64,000 bases of DNA from assembly GCA_044892525.1 (NCBI GenBank), contig CM097885.1:181226001-181290000 (forward strand), written 5' to 3'. This DNA is from Schmidtea polychroa. Lineage: Eukaryota. A program made the translations under genes and the position numbers. This document shows positions 21,263-35,339 of the stretch, piece by piece (position 1 is the stretch's first letter; every line of letters starts with the position of its first letter). The notes under the pieces are model-generated. The model ran no database searches and was not told the origin of the DNA. It worked only from the letters and a program-made list of their open reading frames with translations.

Positions 21263-21593
21263 ATTAATTTTTTCCAGAAATTTTTTTAATATTTTATTTA
21301 AATTCTTTGAAATTCATTTTTTCATTTAATTTTATTGATTATTAATTATTGATTATTTCAAATAAACTGTTTTTCAATTATAATCGATATTTTGAATAAT
21401 CAATAATTTTTAAAATTTTTATTTTAATATTAATTTTTTCCAGAATTATTTTTAATATTTTATCTATATTCTTTGAAATTCCTTTTGTTATTTAATTTTA
21501 TTGATTATTAATTATCAATTTCAAATAAACTGTTTTTCAATTATAATCGATATTTTAAATAATCAATAATTTTTAAAATTTTTATTTTAATAT
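21263..21593 (+). repeat. Tandem duplication, ~166-bp unit x2
   Basis: ATTAATTTTTTCCAGAA...TTCAAATAAACTGTTTTTCAATTATAATCGATATTTT repeated at 21263 and 21429. Confidence 0.85.
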
Positions 21594-21948
21594 TTCTTTT
21601 CTGTTCTAAATTTTTTATTTTCATTTAATGAGAAAATAATAACAAATATTCTCAGACAAATATTGTATCAGGAAGAAATTGTTTACCGATAGCGATGAAA
21701 TGTAAGCATGCTAACTTAGAAAGTAGTACATCTAACACCAATAAATAAACTAGCGCATTTTCAGCCAATCTCCATCTCCAATTAAATAATAAAATATTAA
21801 TAAATAAAAATCACAGAAGAATGAAATGTATTAATGATCGATATTTACACATTAGTTGTCCAATATTTTTTATGTTGAGCATCAATTATTGTGAAAAGGA
21901 ATGTTTTAAAATTTTTTAAGTATCACAGATTTCGAGACGAAAAATTCA

Positions 21949-22817
21949 TCATTCATCATTATTTGACGGGCTGTTGGGGTGGCTTATTAGAGTATCAATG
22001 TTGGATAAATCTGCTTTAATACGTTTCTTTTTTACATTGACTGAATTCTTATCTGTTATCTTATTATTGTCTTCTCTATTGAATAGTTCAGATTCTTGGA
22101 ATTTGTGATTGAAAAAGTCGGACGATTTTGTCAATGAAGCCATCGCGGCTGCAAAGGCCAACGTAGAAAAGTTCGCTTGATTTGTCCTCGGCGATGGCGA
22201 TGGGTGCAAATAAGACGGATGGGTTTTGAATCTGGATTTTAGGATGTTGTTTTGAAACATTGACGGTAGGAAAATGTTGTTTATGGAATTGTGATTAGAC
22301 ATGAAAATCGAGGGAAACTTTTGACTAAGAGAATTGAGAGATAATGTTTTGAAAGAAGAATTCGAATCGTGAAAGTCATTTATATCTTTTTGAATTGAGG
22401 GAATTGATGAATAAGAAAACATAGGAGGTATTAATTTATTTGTCGAATTAATTAAATGATTTGATCGACTCGTGTTCAAACCCGGTGAAATTAGCCAAGG
22501 CTGGTGTATGAAATTATTAGCGGAACTTGGTAAAACTGTTACATTAGGAGGTGGGAAATTGTCTTTAATTGACACTGAATTTACGTTGTGTAGATTATCT
22601 GTCGAATCTGGATGTTCGAATAATTCAGTATTTTTATTTGGGGAAATGTTCCCATGAAGGGATTTTTCGAATTCTAACTGAGTATCTTGTTTGTGTTTTC
22701 CAATTGAAGTTGACTGAGACGACGAATCGGGGGTCAAATTAAAATTTTCCTCTTGATTTTTCAATTTTTTCGACGCTTTATTATGATTGGCATCTAACGG
22801 CGATGCTTCGAAACTTA
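21949..22817 (-). CDS. tbx2/3: Tbx2/3-like T-box gene, exon 6 (last)
   Basis: Acceptor TTTTATTTAG at 22818, phase 1, in frame with the 271-aa ORF. Ser/Asn/Pro-rich with TLAFAAAMASL. Stop at 21949. Confidence 0.75.
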
Positions 22818-24356
22818 CTAAATAAAATTTTTAATAAATAAAATTTTTGCATTTATTTTATAAATATACAAAATCGACTACCAAATTTAATGACGTCATA
22901 AATTAAAAGCAAAACAATTAGTAAAACAAATAATTGATTTTCTTTTGAAAGAAACCAAGACAAGTTGAATAATGAACATAAATTATCACTCTAAAGACGT
23001 GCAAATGAAAGTCAATTTATGTTTCCTGCTTTTCGGTGATATTTCCTTTTTGCTAATCTGTGAGTAAAGGTGTTTCTAGCAATTGTAACAGATCAAGTTG
23101 TGAGCTATCAACAGGAAATTCGGCTGAAAATGCCCATTAGGTTAGCGTAGCTGAGTCTAGATGGAATCTATAGGATTATATTTCTAAGAAGCTATGGGAA
23201 ACAAAGTGAAAGTGATAATGTATTAACCGGTTAAAAGCCAATGACATAAATAAGGAAGCGCTAATGAAAAAAGTAATTTTACAGTCTCATTTCAATGTTA
23301 GGCTATTTTTTTATTTTTTTAAATATTATTCTCCCCTATTTTCCCTGAATCAATATTTACAATCAAACTTATTCGATACTAATTTGATAAATTTCAACAT
23401 GCTTTTTATAGACTAAAAAAAAATTAAATCCGACCACTAATTTATTTTCTTTTCCTTGAAATGGAAATTTTTTCAATAGATTTTACAATTTTCAATTCTA
23501 TAAATCGTTTTATTTTTTTTCTCTCTCTCTCTAATACAATAAAAATGAAATAAGGTTTATTTGAAATATTACTTTACTAAAAATTCGCAAAAAAGCCAAT
23601 TTTGTTTTAATTTGACTTATTAAAAATAAGTGTTTTTTTTTCACTGGGATTCAACTTTAGGCAATAATGAAGAAATAAATATAATCTGATGTCATTTATT
23701 GCTAGGATTTCATTTCTCAATAAATAACTGTGGATAATCTCTATCTATATATTTTGTTTTAATCGGAATTGAAAAGTATGTGCTTCCCCTATTAACCCTA
23801 GACTACCAATTGGACAGTTACAAACGTTTGTAGGGTTTTATTATATTTTTATATTTATTTTGTTGCTGAACAGATATTCATTTAACAGCTTTTTTAAATC
23901 TGATGAGTGATTAATAAATTTAGGATTTTTAAATTGCCAAAAATATAATACAATTTTGTTTATATAATATGATATTGGAATTTTATATTTTAATTATTTT
24001 TTTATTATTTCATAACATAACAAGCTATTTTAGTATTTAATTTAGCACTTGTCATAATAACTTTGTTTATTTCTTTACTATTAAAATATATTTGTTGATG
24101 TACCTAACTAAATTGAAACCCCTTTAATCCCTTACCTATATTGTGCAAAATCAAATATGTTTTCTGTGTGAGTTCAAATTTAAAAATCATTGGGTCCTTG
24201 TTTATAACATTACCCCATAGATAATATTAAATAAATATAATTTATATTAAAAAAACTGTTTATTTTTTGTATAATATGATATATGGAGATGTTCTAAACA
24301 AGTTCATACCCTTTTTTGTCCATTTAATTTGTGTAGAAATGATAAACATTTAATAA

Positions 24357-24477
24357 GAATTTATTAAAAAGAGAGTTTGAAGACTATAAATCAGTAATAT
24401 ATCGATGTTTGTTGAGTATTAAAAAACATCGATATATTACTGATTAATAGTCTTCAAGCTCTCTTTTTAATAAATTC
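24357..24477. repeat. Fold-back inverted repeat (54-bp arms, 13-nt loop) in a Tbx intron
   Basis: GAATTTATTAAAAAGAGAGTTTGAAGACTATAAATCAGTAATATATCGATGTTT and its near-perfect reverse complement (2 mismatches). Confidence 0.9.
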
Positions 24478-24675
24478 AATGTAAAAAATAATCAGTGGTG
24501 AAATTGAAATTGGAGAAATAAAATTTCTTATAATAATATTTAATAAAAAATAAATATATGTAACCTGAAATATATATTTACTATATATTTGCATACATTT
24601 CATTTGTCAATAAATAATTATAATTAAAAATGTGAGTTTATGTCCGAATAATATAAAATAAAATATATTACTTAC

Positions 24676-24887
24676 AATGTTTTCTTTTCAACTTTGAACT
24701 GCATATATTTATGGACAACTCATTGAAATCTGGATTTTTATCATTTATTTGTTTTAAATCGTTTTTATTTAAACATTCCTCAATGTCTATATTAACATCA
24801 CTGCATTCACTGATTTCTTCGCTGTTATCTTTATTTCCTTTATTATCTACATCGGAAGAAGTCGAAATTGCAGAACCATTCAATTTC
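24676..24887 (-). CDS. tbx2/3: Tbx2/3-like gene, exon 5
   Basis: Follows a 48-nt GT..AG intron (24935-24888) that removes an in-frame TGA, giving REKKKL. Donor GTAAGT at 24675. Confidence 0.75.
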
Positions 24888-24935
24888 CTTCGAATGAAAG
24901 TTCAATTGAGTTCTATTAAAACAAATACTAAATAC

Positions 24936-25012
24936 TTCTTTTCTCTTTTTCCTCCGCCAGTATCACGAAATCCTTTTGCAAAGGGGTTATGATCAATTTT
25001 GAGTTGAGTAAT
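24936..25012 (-). CDS. tbx2/3: Tbx2/3-like gene, exon 4
   Basis: [25 protein letters not shown] (end of the T-box); acceptor TTTTGTAG. Confidence 0.92.
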
Positions 25013-25257
25013 CTACAAAAGAAATTAATTTAAACAAATAATAACAAAAAACTCAATTAAATAAAGCAAATAATTATAACGGTTATTGGATTAAACAATA
25101 TTTGACATAACTAAGTATTTTTGTTTAAATAAGGTAATATTACTTACATTTAACTTAAACAAATATTAAATTTGATTCAATTTAGTATGTAAATAATAAT
25201 TTAATTAATATATTTGAGAAAATTTGAGATATTTTTTTCAATAATGAATCACTTTAC

Positions 25258-25404
25258 CTTTTCGTTTTGATAAGCTGTTACGCCTATGAATTGTGTTTCT
25301 TTGAAAACGTATGACCGAAACGTACTGTAAGGTAATCTCATTATATCATTTGCTCTCACCAAGTGGAAACGTGGTTGATATTTGTGCATAGAATTCAGAA
25401 TTGT
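25258..25404 (-). CDS. tbx2/3: Tbx2/3-like gene, exon 3 (not in the ORF track)
   Basis: [49 protein letters not shown]; AG/GT flanks; 147 nt. Confidence 0.95.
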
Positions 25405-27854
25405 CTATAATAAAATTGATAATTAAAACAAAAAATTTCCAAGACAATGTATTGCTACAAAAATTTCGTTATATATTCTTTTATTGGCGGGATTGAACAA
25501 TAACGGATAAAGGAATCGATGACCATGAGCCAAAATTATTTCAAGGGCCCAAAAATTAAAAATTATGTTTATTGCTTGAAAACATTAATATTACATAAAA
25601 GTAAATTCTCTTTTTCTGAGAATGACGTTCATCCCTTTCCCCTTGGTTACACTTTAGAACAAGTGAATAAGCTCGGTGAGTAAGCCGTCATGCGGAGGGG
25701 TGACTTTTTCGGTAGGTTTATTTTTGAAAATATTGTTTCTATTCAAATTTATTGTTAAAGTGCTACTTTTTCAAAAATAATTTTAAATGCAAATCTTTTA
25801 ACAATATTTATTTTATTCATCTACACTACTGGCCGCATTTGGCCCATTCGGTAATTTACTCGTTCGCCATTATTTAAATTCTTAATTCAAAAAATAGACT
25901 CTAATTAGCAGTTTCATTGTTCCGATATCTAGCGCAGCCATTAAAAACTGATGGACTAATGGCCCACATTCTTGTTTAAAAAGAGGTATTCTTGGTCATC
26001 ACTCAAAAAGGTTGCCGACGGTTGACCTGCAGGATCCTTTTTGGGATATTTTGTTAAGCAATTCTGAACCTAGATGTGGTCGCAGTTAGTCGATAATGAG
26101 CAATGGAGATTGTTTATTTATAAATAAATGCTGTTTTTTGTATTTTTTTAAATGAATTAAAAAGTTTATTACTAATAAATTCTGAATTTCCAATTGTCAT
26201 AGTTGTATTGTTTAACTTTATTTATTTAAATTCTTGTTTTTATTAACTCGCGCCCATGGAAAGGAGGAAGGTGGACTAGTTGACATGAGTTTACGACTAC
26301 AGATCAATGTTTAATCCTACTTAAAAGAATTTTTCGGTCTGTCAAATAGAAAAAAACATTGATCTTTAAGTGAAAAATGTAAATGAAATAAAAATAAGGT
26401 CAAAGGTAAACAAAAAAATAAATGATTTTACTGATAACCATATAATGATTTTGAAAAATTAACTTTTCCACTCGACTAAAAATAAAAATTATTATAGATC
26501 TTATTATGTTTGTTATTAATCCTTCATTGATTTCGTGATGAGGAAAATATAGCACTGCATAAAATATTTCCCACTAAGGATCGCAACATGACATGGGGAA
26601 TATAATTGATATCCCATGGTACATGAATATCCAACATATAACAGTTTGAGTCTGATTATAGACAAACAAGAAGTCACATTGTACCTCTAGAGAAATTTCG
26701 ATGAAAAATCACAGGTAATCATCAGCAATAAACGATAAAAGTGCATCAAGTTTCCCCGTAACTCAACTGTATTCGTAGACAGAGAAATGAGCTACTCTCA
26801 TTATTCATATCTTGATGGGGAGTTTTCCACACGCTTTCTGTCAGTTTTGCCAGCTAAATCTAAACTTACTGATGAATTGATGAGAAGGAAAAGAGTAGAT
26901 TTTGCACGCCAATAATAACAAATTGAAAGATTTAAAATTCAACGATAATATAAATAATATCCGTTTTAACAATAAACTGATGATATCTTACTATACCAAT
27001 ATTTTTGTTGATAAATCAATATCAAATAATAAAATTTCTTAAATAAAAACAACCTCTGTAAAACAAAAAAAACATTTTCCTAATAAATTTCCCAAAATTT
27101 CCTATGGAAAAATTTACTACCTCCCCTGATCAATGCTTAATTTTTAGTTTTCAAATGAGGCTTTGAAAATTTAATACAAATTTAAACAACACTGAAAATT
27201 TATTTTTTACCCATTGAAGTGATAAATTCAAAACAGTAAAAATGTCTATTAGTCTGCTAATAATGCCATTAAAATGATTCCTCAATTGATAGATCTTTAA
27301 TTCCAAAAAAATATGAACACCAAAATAGTTAATAAATTTTCTTTTGGGATGTGAAAAAATTAATTAATAATTCGGTTCGTAAAAATTTCGTTTTAATAAT
27401 AACAATAATNNNNNNNNNNNNNNNNNNNNNNNNNNNNNNNNNNNNNNNNNNNNNNNNNNNNNNNNNNNNNNNNNNNNNNNNNNNNNNNNNNNNNNNNNNN
27501 NNNNNNNNNNNNNNNNNNNNNNNNNNNNNNNNNNNNNNNNNNNNNNNNNNNNNNNNNNNNNNNNNNNNNNNNNNNNNNNNNNNNNNNNNNNNNNNNNNNN
27601 NNNNNNNNNNNNNNNNNNNNNNNNNNNNNNNNNNNNNNNNNNNNNNNNNNNNNNNNNNNNNNNNNNNNNNNNNNNNNNNNNNNNNNNNATAATTTATAAA
27701 TTTAATTAGTTAAATTTTGTTTGAACAATTAAAAAACAAAATTTAATTAAAATTAATTATTAATTAAAAATTAAATAAATTTAAAATTTAGACTTGCCAA
27801 TTGAAACAAATTTTTAACAAAATAACTGGTGGTGATTATATTTTATTAACTTAC

Positions 27855-28122
27855 AAAGCCATGTTTGTCTGATATATTGTTCGTAAGTTTCAATTTGTGA
27901 AAAGATATGATCTTTTGCATCCATTGTTCCCCAGTAGTTGGTGAATCGGGGTGGATATACATTCTTTTAGGCATTTCTGGATCGGCTTTGCCAGCTACCA
28001 TCCACTGGTTGTTGTGGAATTTATATCGGCAGTCATCAACTGCTACAACATCCATGAGCATTATATATTTTGCACGCTTATCCAAACCACTAACTTGGAC
28101 TTTGTATGGAGGAAACATTCGT
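27855..28122 (-). CDS. tbx2/3: Tbx2/3-like gene, exon 2
   Basis: [61 protein letters not shown]...[14 protein letters not shown] followed by [22 protein letters not shown] is the Tbx2/3/omb signature. Confidence 0.95.
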
Positions 28123-31011
28123 CTAAAAAATAAACGAAATATTANNNNNNNNNNNNNNNNNNNNNNNNNNNNNNNNNNNNNNNNNNNNNNNNNNNNNNNN
28201 NNNNNNNNNNNNNNNNNNNNNNNNNNNNNNNNNNNNNNNNNNNNNNNNNNNNNNNNNNNNNNNNNNNNNNNNNNNNNNNNNNNNNNNNNNNNNNNNNNNN
28301 NNNNNNNNNNNNNNNNNNNNNNNNNNNNNNNNNNNNNNNNNNNNNNNNNNNNNNNNNNNNNNNNNNNNNNNNNNNNNNNNNNNNNNNNNNNNNNNNNNNN
28401 NNNNNNNNNNNNNNNNNNNNNNNNNNNNNNNNNNNNNNNNNNNNNNNNNNNNNNNNNNNNTAAACTATGGTTGCTAACTTTGAAATATGACTAGAGAATA
28501 CAAATGATTTGTACACTTATTATAGCCAACCCATACTACACAGTAAAATGTGGCGTCAAAGGAACAATATTGTTGAAATATTTGGCAAACAATTGTGAGC
28601 GGTGATTATTTAGATAGTTATCTGATACTGCGAGGCAAAAACCGATTAAACTTGCTCAAAAAACCATTTGACTAGCTCCGAGATTTTTACTTTACGCAAG
28701 AATAGTCAATCTAGTGATCTTGGCGTCCTTTCTGCTAGCACCTGTTTCGTTACTGGCTGGTCTTAGTGACTCAAATTTTATCTATTTTGGCATCGTATTT
28801 GTATTGTTTTGTCGTACAGCGAATTATAGTTACCAGTATGAGCTCTCTAATCACTTATTGGTTTGTTAATGCATGACGCCTTTTAACTATGTATTTCATA
28901 TTTCGCTGTAAACTTAATGGCGACGTTTATTATGTCTTATTATGGCAGATGTATTTGTATCATATTTTTTTTGTGTTTGGCGCCGTTACTTATTTATGCT
29001 GCCTGATTTTTATTATAATTTTGTATCCAATTTAGTTATTTATTATTATAATGTTCAGAACAAGTTTGGAATGTTTTTTTCCATATTCATTAAATCTTCT
29101 TATTTTATTCCAAGTTGAAAGAGAGTCTACTCTTTTGAAATGTGCATTTGTTTGTCAATCTCAAAAGTGTCAATAGTCATTCAAGGATCTCTTATCTATT
29201 TAATAAAAACTCATTAATATAAACTTGAAAATTTCTTTTAAATAAATTATTGCAAAACAAGCGTAACAAATTTTCTAAATTGTCATTTCTACAATAATTA
29301 GAGAATAGGTTCAAGCTCTATTAAAAATAGTTTCTTGGATATTCTCATAGCATTTTTGTATCAGCAAAGTAAACAGAATTTTATTAACGGGATATGGAAA
29401 ACATTTTCTATTACTAAATATCGAATCAAATAGTTTGCTGCAAATGAGTTCAATTTACAATATGTAATCCAAACATTGTGGTGTGCAAATGAATAAATAA
29501 TACCATAAATGAAATTACCAAGCTATTATGTTGACAAATGTTAACATTTTTATTTTTTTGTCATTTATTTTTGATAATTTTGAAACTTTTGTTTTCATTT
29601 CGAATAAATGAGAGCTACTTTTTTTTATAATCTATAAGAGGTTGAAAATAAATACAAATTCTAAAATAGATAATACTAATTAATTTTTGTTTTAAATAAC
29701 CGGAAAATGTTTATTTCTGAAATTTGTGGTGTGAAATAAAATTCGTATAAACATTCATCACTGTTTGACATTATTTACAATTGGGTATCACAGGTAAAAT
29801 CTCAAATAATTACATAATGACGTTATTAAGTCAGTACCACCACAAATGTAAATGTCATAGCAAATCATAAGTGTGGCTATATATTTTTTCATATGGAAAA
29901 AAAACCCTGTAAATTCTTATCTTCATTCAATCATGTGTATAATCCCAATCTAACAATTGAACCAATTTATTTCTGGGTTTTTTTAATACAATTTCTAAAC
30001 CAATTTTCAGTTTATTTTTAAAAAGTCTCATTTAATTTTTTGTTTTTCTTTTTAAGCATTTTGTAATTTTTGTTGAAATTAAAACTAAATTCTTATTTCT
30101 TAAAAAGGACACGCTACGACCACTAGAAATTGCGTTGTATTGAAAATTCTTTCTGCGATAAAAATAATAATAATAATAATTGTCCACCACCAACAATAAC
30201 AACTAAAGAAAAAATCAACATCTGGGGTATCTTAGAGAATTCTAAATGAGTGAAATAATGATTAATTTTCCCAACGCTTCAAAAACTGGGAAATGAGATC
30301 ACGCTACAGCACCAAACTTGTGACAATATATCGCTTTTTCTGTGAACACTGATAATGAAAATCGACCGTTTGTGTTTGGCCAGTGGGCTTTAAAGCTAGG
30401 TAAGATAATTTAGCGAGAGAAATTACTCTCCTGTGACCTGATTATTCTTAGTCGATATCTATATAATTTGTTCATCGCTTGAGCTATCGAATGTGTCAGT
30501 GTTCTCGGGATAAGATTTATGGGATCATCACCACTCTACTGGAGCTGCTCAAGATGTGAAACACTTGATATTTCACAAGCACCAGGCGAACATATTACAT
30601 ACAAACTCACATGCTATATCTCAATGAACACTAATATTATCATTATTACTTATCAGATAATATGCAATAGAGTCTTTAACAGAATTCTTAACTGAAATGG
30701 GTCAAGCTTCTCGTCTCAGGGACGGGGAGGAGAACGATGACAGAGAATCGACACATTATCGGCAAATGATGAATTATTTATCATCAGAAGAAACTGATCA
30801 ATCGGGTTCAGTGCTGAAGGGCCATAAATTCTGGTTTGTAATAACCGAGAAAAAACAACAAGGTTTTATAGGTTCTAACACGTAATTAGTAGAAAATAGT
30901 TATTTTAATTTATTATCAAAAATCGAAAAATTCTTTTAATTATAATTAAAAAAAATTTTTAATTTAAATTATTTTATTAATTTAAAAATTAATAAATAAA
31001 AAGAGATTAAA

Positions 31012-31094
<83 letters not shown>
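31012..31094 (+). repeat. (AAT)n microsatellite
   Basis: Direct reading of the sequence. Confidence 0.98.
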
Positions 31095-31095
<1 letters not shown>

Positions 31096-31203
31096 TGTTT
31101 TGGAATTGTTGTGTTTTATATGAATTAATATTATAAATAAATAAGAGTTAAATTTAAACAAAAATCCATAATTAAAATTTTAGAAAAAAAACATAAAAAT
31201 CAC

Positions 31204-31550
31204 CTTCCGCTTTTTGTAATGACCATTTCGGTTCCATAAGTGTGAAATTGCTCCCACAAGTCTTTGTCGATAAGTTCGACTTTTGGATCGTCTTTGATAT
31301 CTTGATCATTGATTTGGTCGGTAATATTTCTTGAAGCCGGATTAAAAATATCTGGAGGTAGGAATGGATAATTTGCCAAATTCGAAGAATGCGTCATTCC
31401 TTGTTTTCCCATCAATAAGTTGCTGTAATTTAATGGAAAATTCGACAAACTCGGCAGAAACGAAGCCGTTGCCGAATTGATGAATGGATGATCTGTAACA
31501 TTTCTATTTGAGTGGTAAGAATGGATACCCAAAAAAGGATTAAAAGCCAT
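31204..31550 (-). CDS. tbx2/3: Tbx2/3-like gene, exon 1
   Basis: MAFNPFL.. (cf. MAYHPFL) ... [30 protein letters not shown], donor GT at 31203. The six exons sum to 1920 nt = 639 aa plus stop. Confidence 0.92.
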
Positions 31551-33872
31551 TCATAAATAAATTCACTTGAAAATGATATTTACAAAATTCAAATTAAATA
31601 TACATGCTTGACGTCTAAATAGAGTTTCTTCAGATGAGCTAGGAAATAATTTTAGTACGAAGATGTACGCACTGGTGTTCACAGCTGTTTTTCATTGGAT
31701 GCTGAGACTACGAAAATAACCAATGAAATTAACGGCGAGATGCTTATTTGCTGCGCTATAGTGTGATGATGTGTAAGTTGCAGACAGATGATCTATACCA
31801 GGGAGTGTTGTAAAGCTGGGCACTGACACCATATGCAGCAGCTCTCACTCATCAGAGGACTGCCGTGAATTAATGGCATTCCACCCAGCAGTTTTAAGAA
31901 AACTGGCGCCACTTTTGTAGTACTGTAAATGGACCAGATAATGTTACAAATGTATATTCAATAAATTTTAATCATTTTTGGCGTCCATAGTTTACACCTA
32001 AATATGCTCTACAATGGAAAGTGTATGCATGTGACACCAGTTCTATTACATTATATCGAAATACATTTACACTTTTAAGGAACTTTCCGCTTACAGACAA
32101 GTGATTGGAGCTGGAGTTGAAAAGAAAGTTTGCAGCTGATGCTCGTAAGCGCCACCTCGTGTCGTCTATTCGTGTTTGTCGAAGTTCATTAATTACCCAT
32201 CTTTTATCAATTGCCTTTTCTTCAATTGTCGTTTTTCATGAAAGAAATGCGGTTCGCGTTTTAGAGATATTTTCATTCAAATTGAACTATAATTATACGT
32301 TTCTGAATAGATTAATTAGAGACAATTATTTTACGTACACTATAACATTTCACCTAGAAAATATCAGAAATTGCAGTTTCAATTCTTTTCGCTTAACAAG
32401 TTTTCGAAATATTTTTCATAACGATATCAATTGTCATTTCACGAGATTTTGTTTATTTTTTTTAGAAAACAAAATTAAAAATTTCAATGTTTAAAAACAA
32501 TCACGATTCATTTCTTGTCTTTTTCCCAATGCTTTGTCATTCATTTATTAATAAATTTTTATGAATCTTTCCATAGAGGGATTAATTCAAAACTGTGACG
32601 GAAGGAAAAAATAGAATTATTATAAATTTTAATAAAATTACCGATGCCGTCGGGTCTGGTTCAAAAAGTGGGCTTCGTAGCATAGGCTCATAGTGACCAG
32701 ATTTCAGGGGTGGCCAAGTAACCGGAAAATAAAAACATATAACTTCAAAGAGTTCGTAAATAGTGGAAATTTAAGGCCAGGTCTAAAGATGTAGAAGCGA
32801 AAATGTATTTAATGATTTCTGTTCATTAAGCTGACCCTCTAAAACAGTTGTTCTCAACCCGTGTTCCGCGATTACGCTTCCAGTGTTCCGCGAAAAAAAT
32901 GACGGGTGGCGGAACGACGTTCCGGTAGTTTTTAGTAGTCATTTTTTACCTGAACAGGAAACTAAAAAGAGTATGGGCAAATGATGAAATTGTGTGTGAT
33001 CCTATTTGGCAGTTTTTGTATAATATTATAAAAATAATAATATCTTTAAGATTCTTATTTTTATCTTTTTTCGAATTTCTTATTTTTGTGTTTGTTAATA
33101 TTTTGTACAAAAAAAAGAATAAAAAATAATAAAAAACTTACAAGGAAAACAATAGTTTGCTTAAAATAAGATGATCTCCGAAACATTTTCAGGAAGCTGC
33201 TTGTGGAAAGTCGCGGACAATTTTTTTGCTCTCACCATTCGTTCCGTTACTTCTTATTTTACCAATACACCACCGATTTCAATATATTTATTAATTTATT
33301 TATTCGTATATTTATTCAAGAATTTGTCGAATATATCGAGTAAACTAGTTTTTACAATATCGAAGGAAAAAATATCTTTTCTTAAAAGGAGATGTGTACT
33401 AATGAAAGAACGCAATGAACCGTTTAAAATTTTTTCCGATTTCAATGAGTTCTAGGAAATAAATTAAGAAAAAAAGTCAAAAAATCGTAATGAAGCGATA
33501 TTTATAGAAAACGAGATTAACAAAAATGTTGATATCGATGATATATTTTGTAAAATTTCGTTGCCTAAATGCTCGAAAAGTAAAATTATAAAGAAACATA
33601 TCATGTGTATTAATTTGTCATTTCAAAATTTCTAACAGGAATGTGTTCTATTAAAAGGATATAAATTTTTTTTTTACTTTTACTTGTCTGAAAGTCCTTA
33701 GGGGATCACTTAGAACACGAATATTGTGATTAAATTCGCTTATATATATATTTTTATTATGCACATTTAGGACAAAAACATTAAAATTTACAACTGAAAA
33801 ACAAAAAAAATATATTTATATTATTCAAAATGTAGATGAGGCGCCTGCTTCTTGACGGTCGGCCTTAGCGGT

Positions 33873-34313
33873 CAAGGCTGTAACAAGGCATTATTGCGCC
33901 CTGTGCGGTTCATATATCTGGCGCCCCTAAAACCCGAATTCAAATCAGCCTACTATAATAATTATAATATTCATGTTGAGATTGTTGACTATGTATTCAT
34001 CTCCAGCTATTATAATAGGTAGTAATGCTCTTAAAATTCTGTTGCTAATTGAAAAAATGACAGGAACCCATTTTGTGGACTAACATTTTACAAAATACGC
34101 ACCTACGAAGACACGCTAATGGACCAGTCCAATCAACAATGTTAAAGATATGCTAGTTAGGGCGTCGTTTTGCAGTCCATTTGATAATTTCTTTTATTTA
34201 TATTTTGTTATTTTTTGGTAACATTAAAAAAATGTTACATTCCAATTTTGCGCCCCTTTCAGATGTGCGCTCTGTGCGACTGCACCGCTTGCACCATCCT
34301 TGTTACGGCCCTG
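33873..34313. mobile_element. hAT-type MITE
   Basis: TIRs CAAGGCTGTAACAAGG / CCTTGTTACGGCCCTG (14/16); 8-bp TSD TTAGCGGT / TTACCGGT (1 mismatch). Confidence 0.8.
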
Positions 34314-35156
34314 TTACCGGTAACCAAAAAAACTTTCTTTTTGTTTTTGTTTTTTGTTTATTTATTGATATTATAAAAATATTTTTTTAATTCCCAGTTA
34401 ACATAGGACTCATGAGTTTTATTATTTGACCTTTTTCACGGAATCAAAAACTAGACTGGCCAATTGGTTTGAAGGTTTGTTTAAATAAATTCCTTACAAA
34501 AATCTTAGTGTGTTTTTATTTTTGTACACAATAAAGGTAGCCATGATAATTATTGCTTCCGGGAGTCCACAGTCTTAAGCAGGGTCTTTCACTAACTTTT
34601 CTCTTAATAAGTCATCATTCTCAATAATTTCCAATTTTATATTAGAAAATACTAAAAATTATTTATTCAACTCATTTAACAACCATTTTTATTTTTTTTA
34701 AATTAAATGAAGGTGTAAAAAGAATTAAAATGTATCTAAAAATATATTTGTTATGCCCTTTATTCAAAATTGATTTGATGATTTATTATGATTATTATTA
34801 AGTCAGGACGGCCGTCGGACACAAGGGGCAGCAGTCAACTGTATCAAGTTTTATTTATTTTATAATCCTTTTATTGCATATGGAAAAAGGGATAGGATAA
34901 TGTTAGAGCAATTAAAATGCAGATTGGTTTATTAATAACTTTCTCGCTCCAAACATGAAAAGAGTGGCCATGCTTGATCCAGGAAATAAGACAACATTCA
35001 CGCATTTGACAGATCATACAATCTATGAGCTTTTATAGATGTGAAATTCATTTTCACTTGAATTTAAATATTTCTTTTGATATTTAGCACGTTACTTAAT
35101 TTTATTTTTAAATATAAATCATTTTAAAATAATTAAAAATAATGATGAGAATGATG

Positions 35157-35157
<1 letters not shown>

Positions 35158-35242
<85 letters not shown>
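35158..35242 (+). repeat. (AAT)n microsatellite
   Basis: Direct reading of the sequence. Confidence 0.98.
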
Positions 35243-35244
<2 letters not shown>

Positions 35245-35339
35245 TCTTCTTTAAAATTTGAACTAGTGTTTTCATATTATTTTTAAATTATTATTTTTTA
35301 AAAGAAAATATTCTCAAGGTCAATAACAACTAATCAGAC

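Noticed and set aside
25240-25340. Hammerhead-like TTGAAAA...CGAAAC pattern
   Set aside because: The core mismatches CTGANGA, and the region is Tbx2/3 exon 3 on the minus strand.
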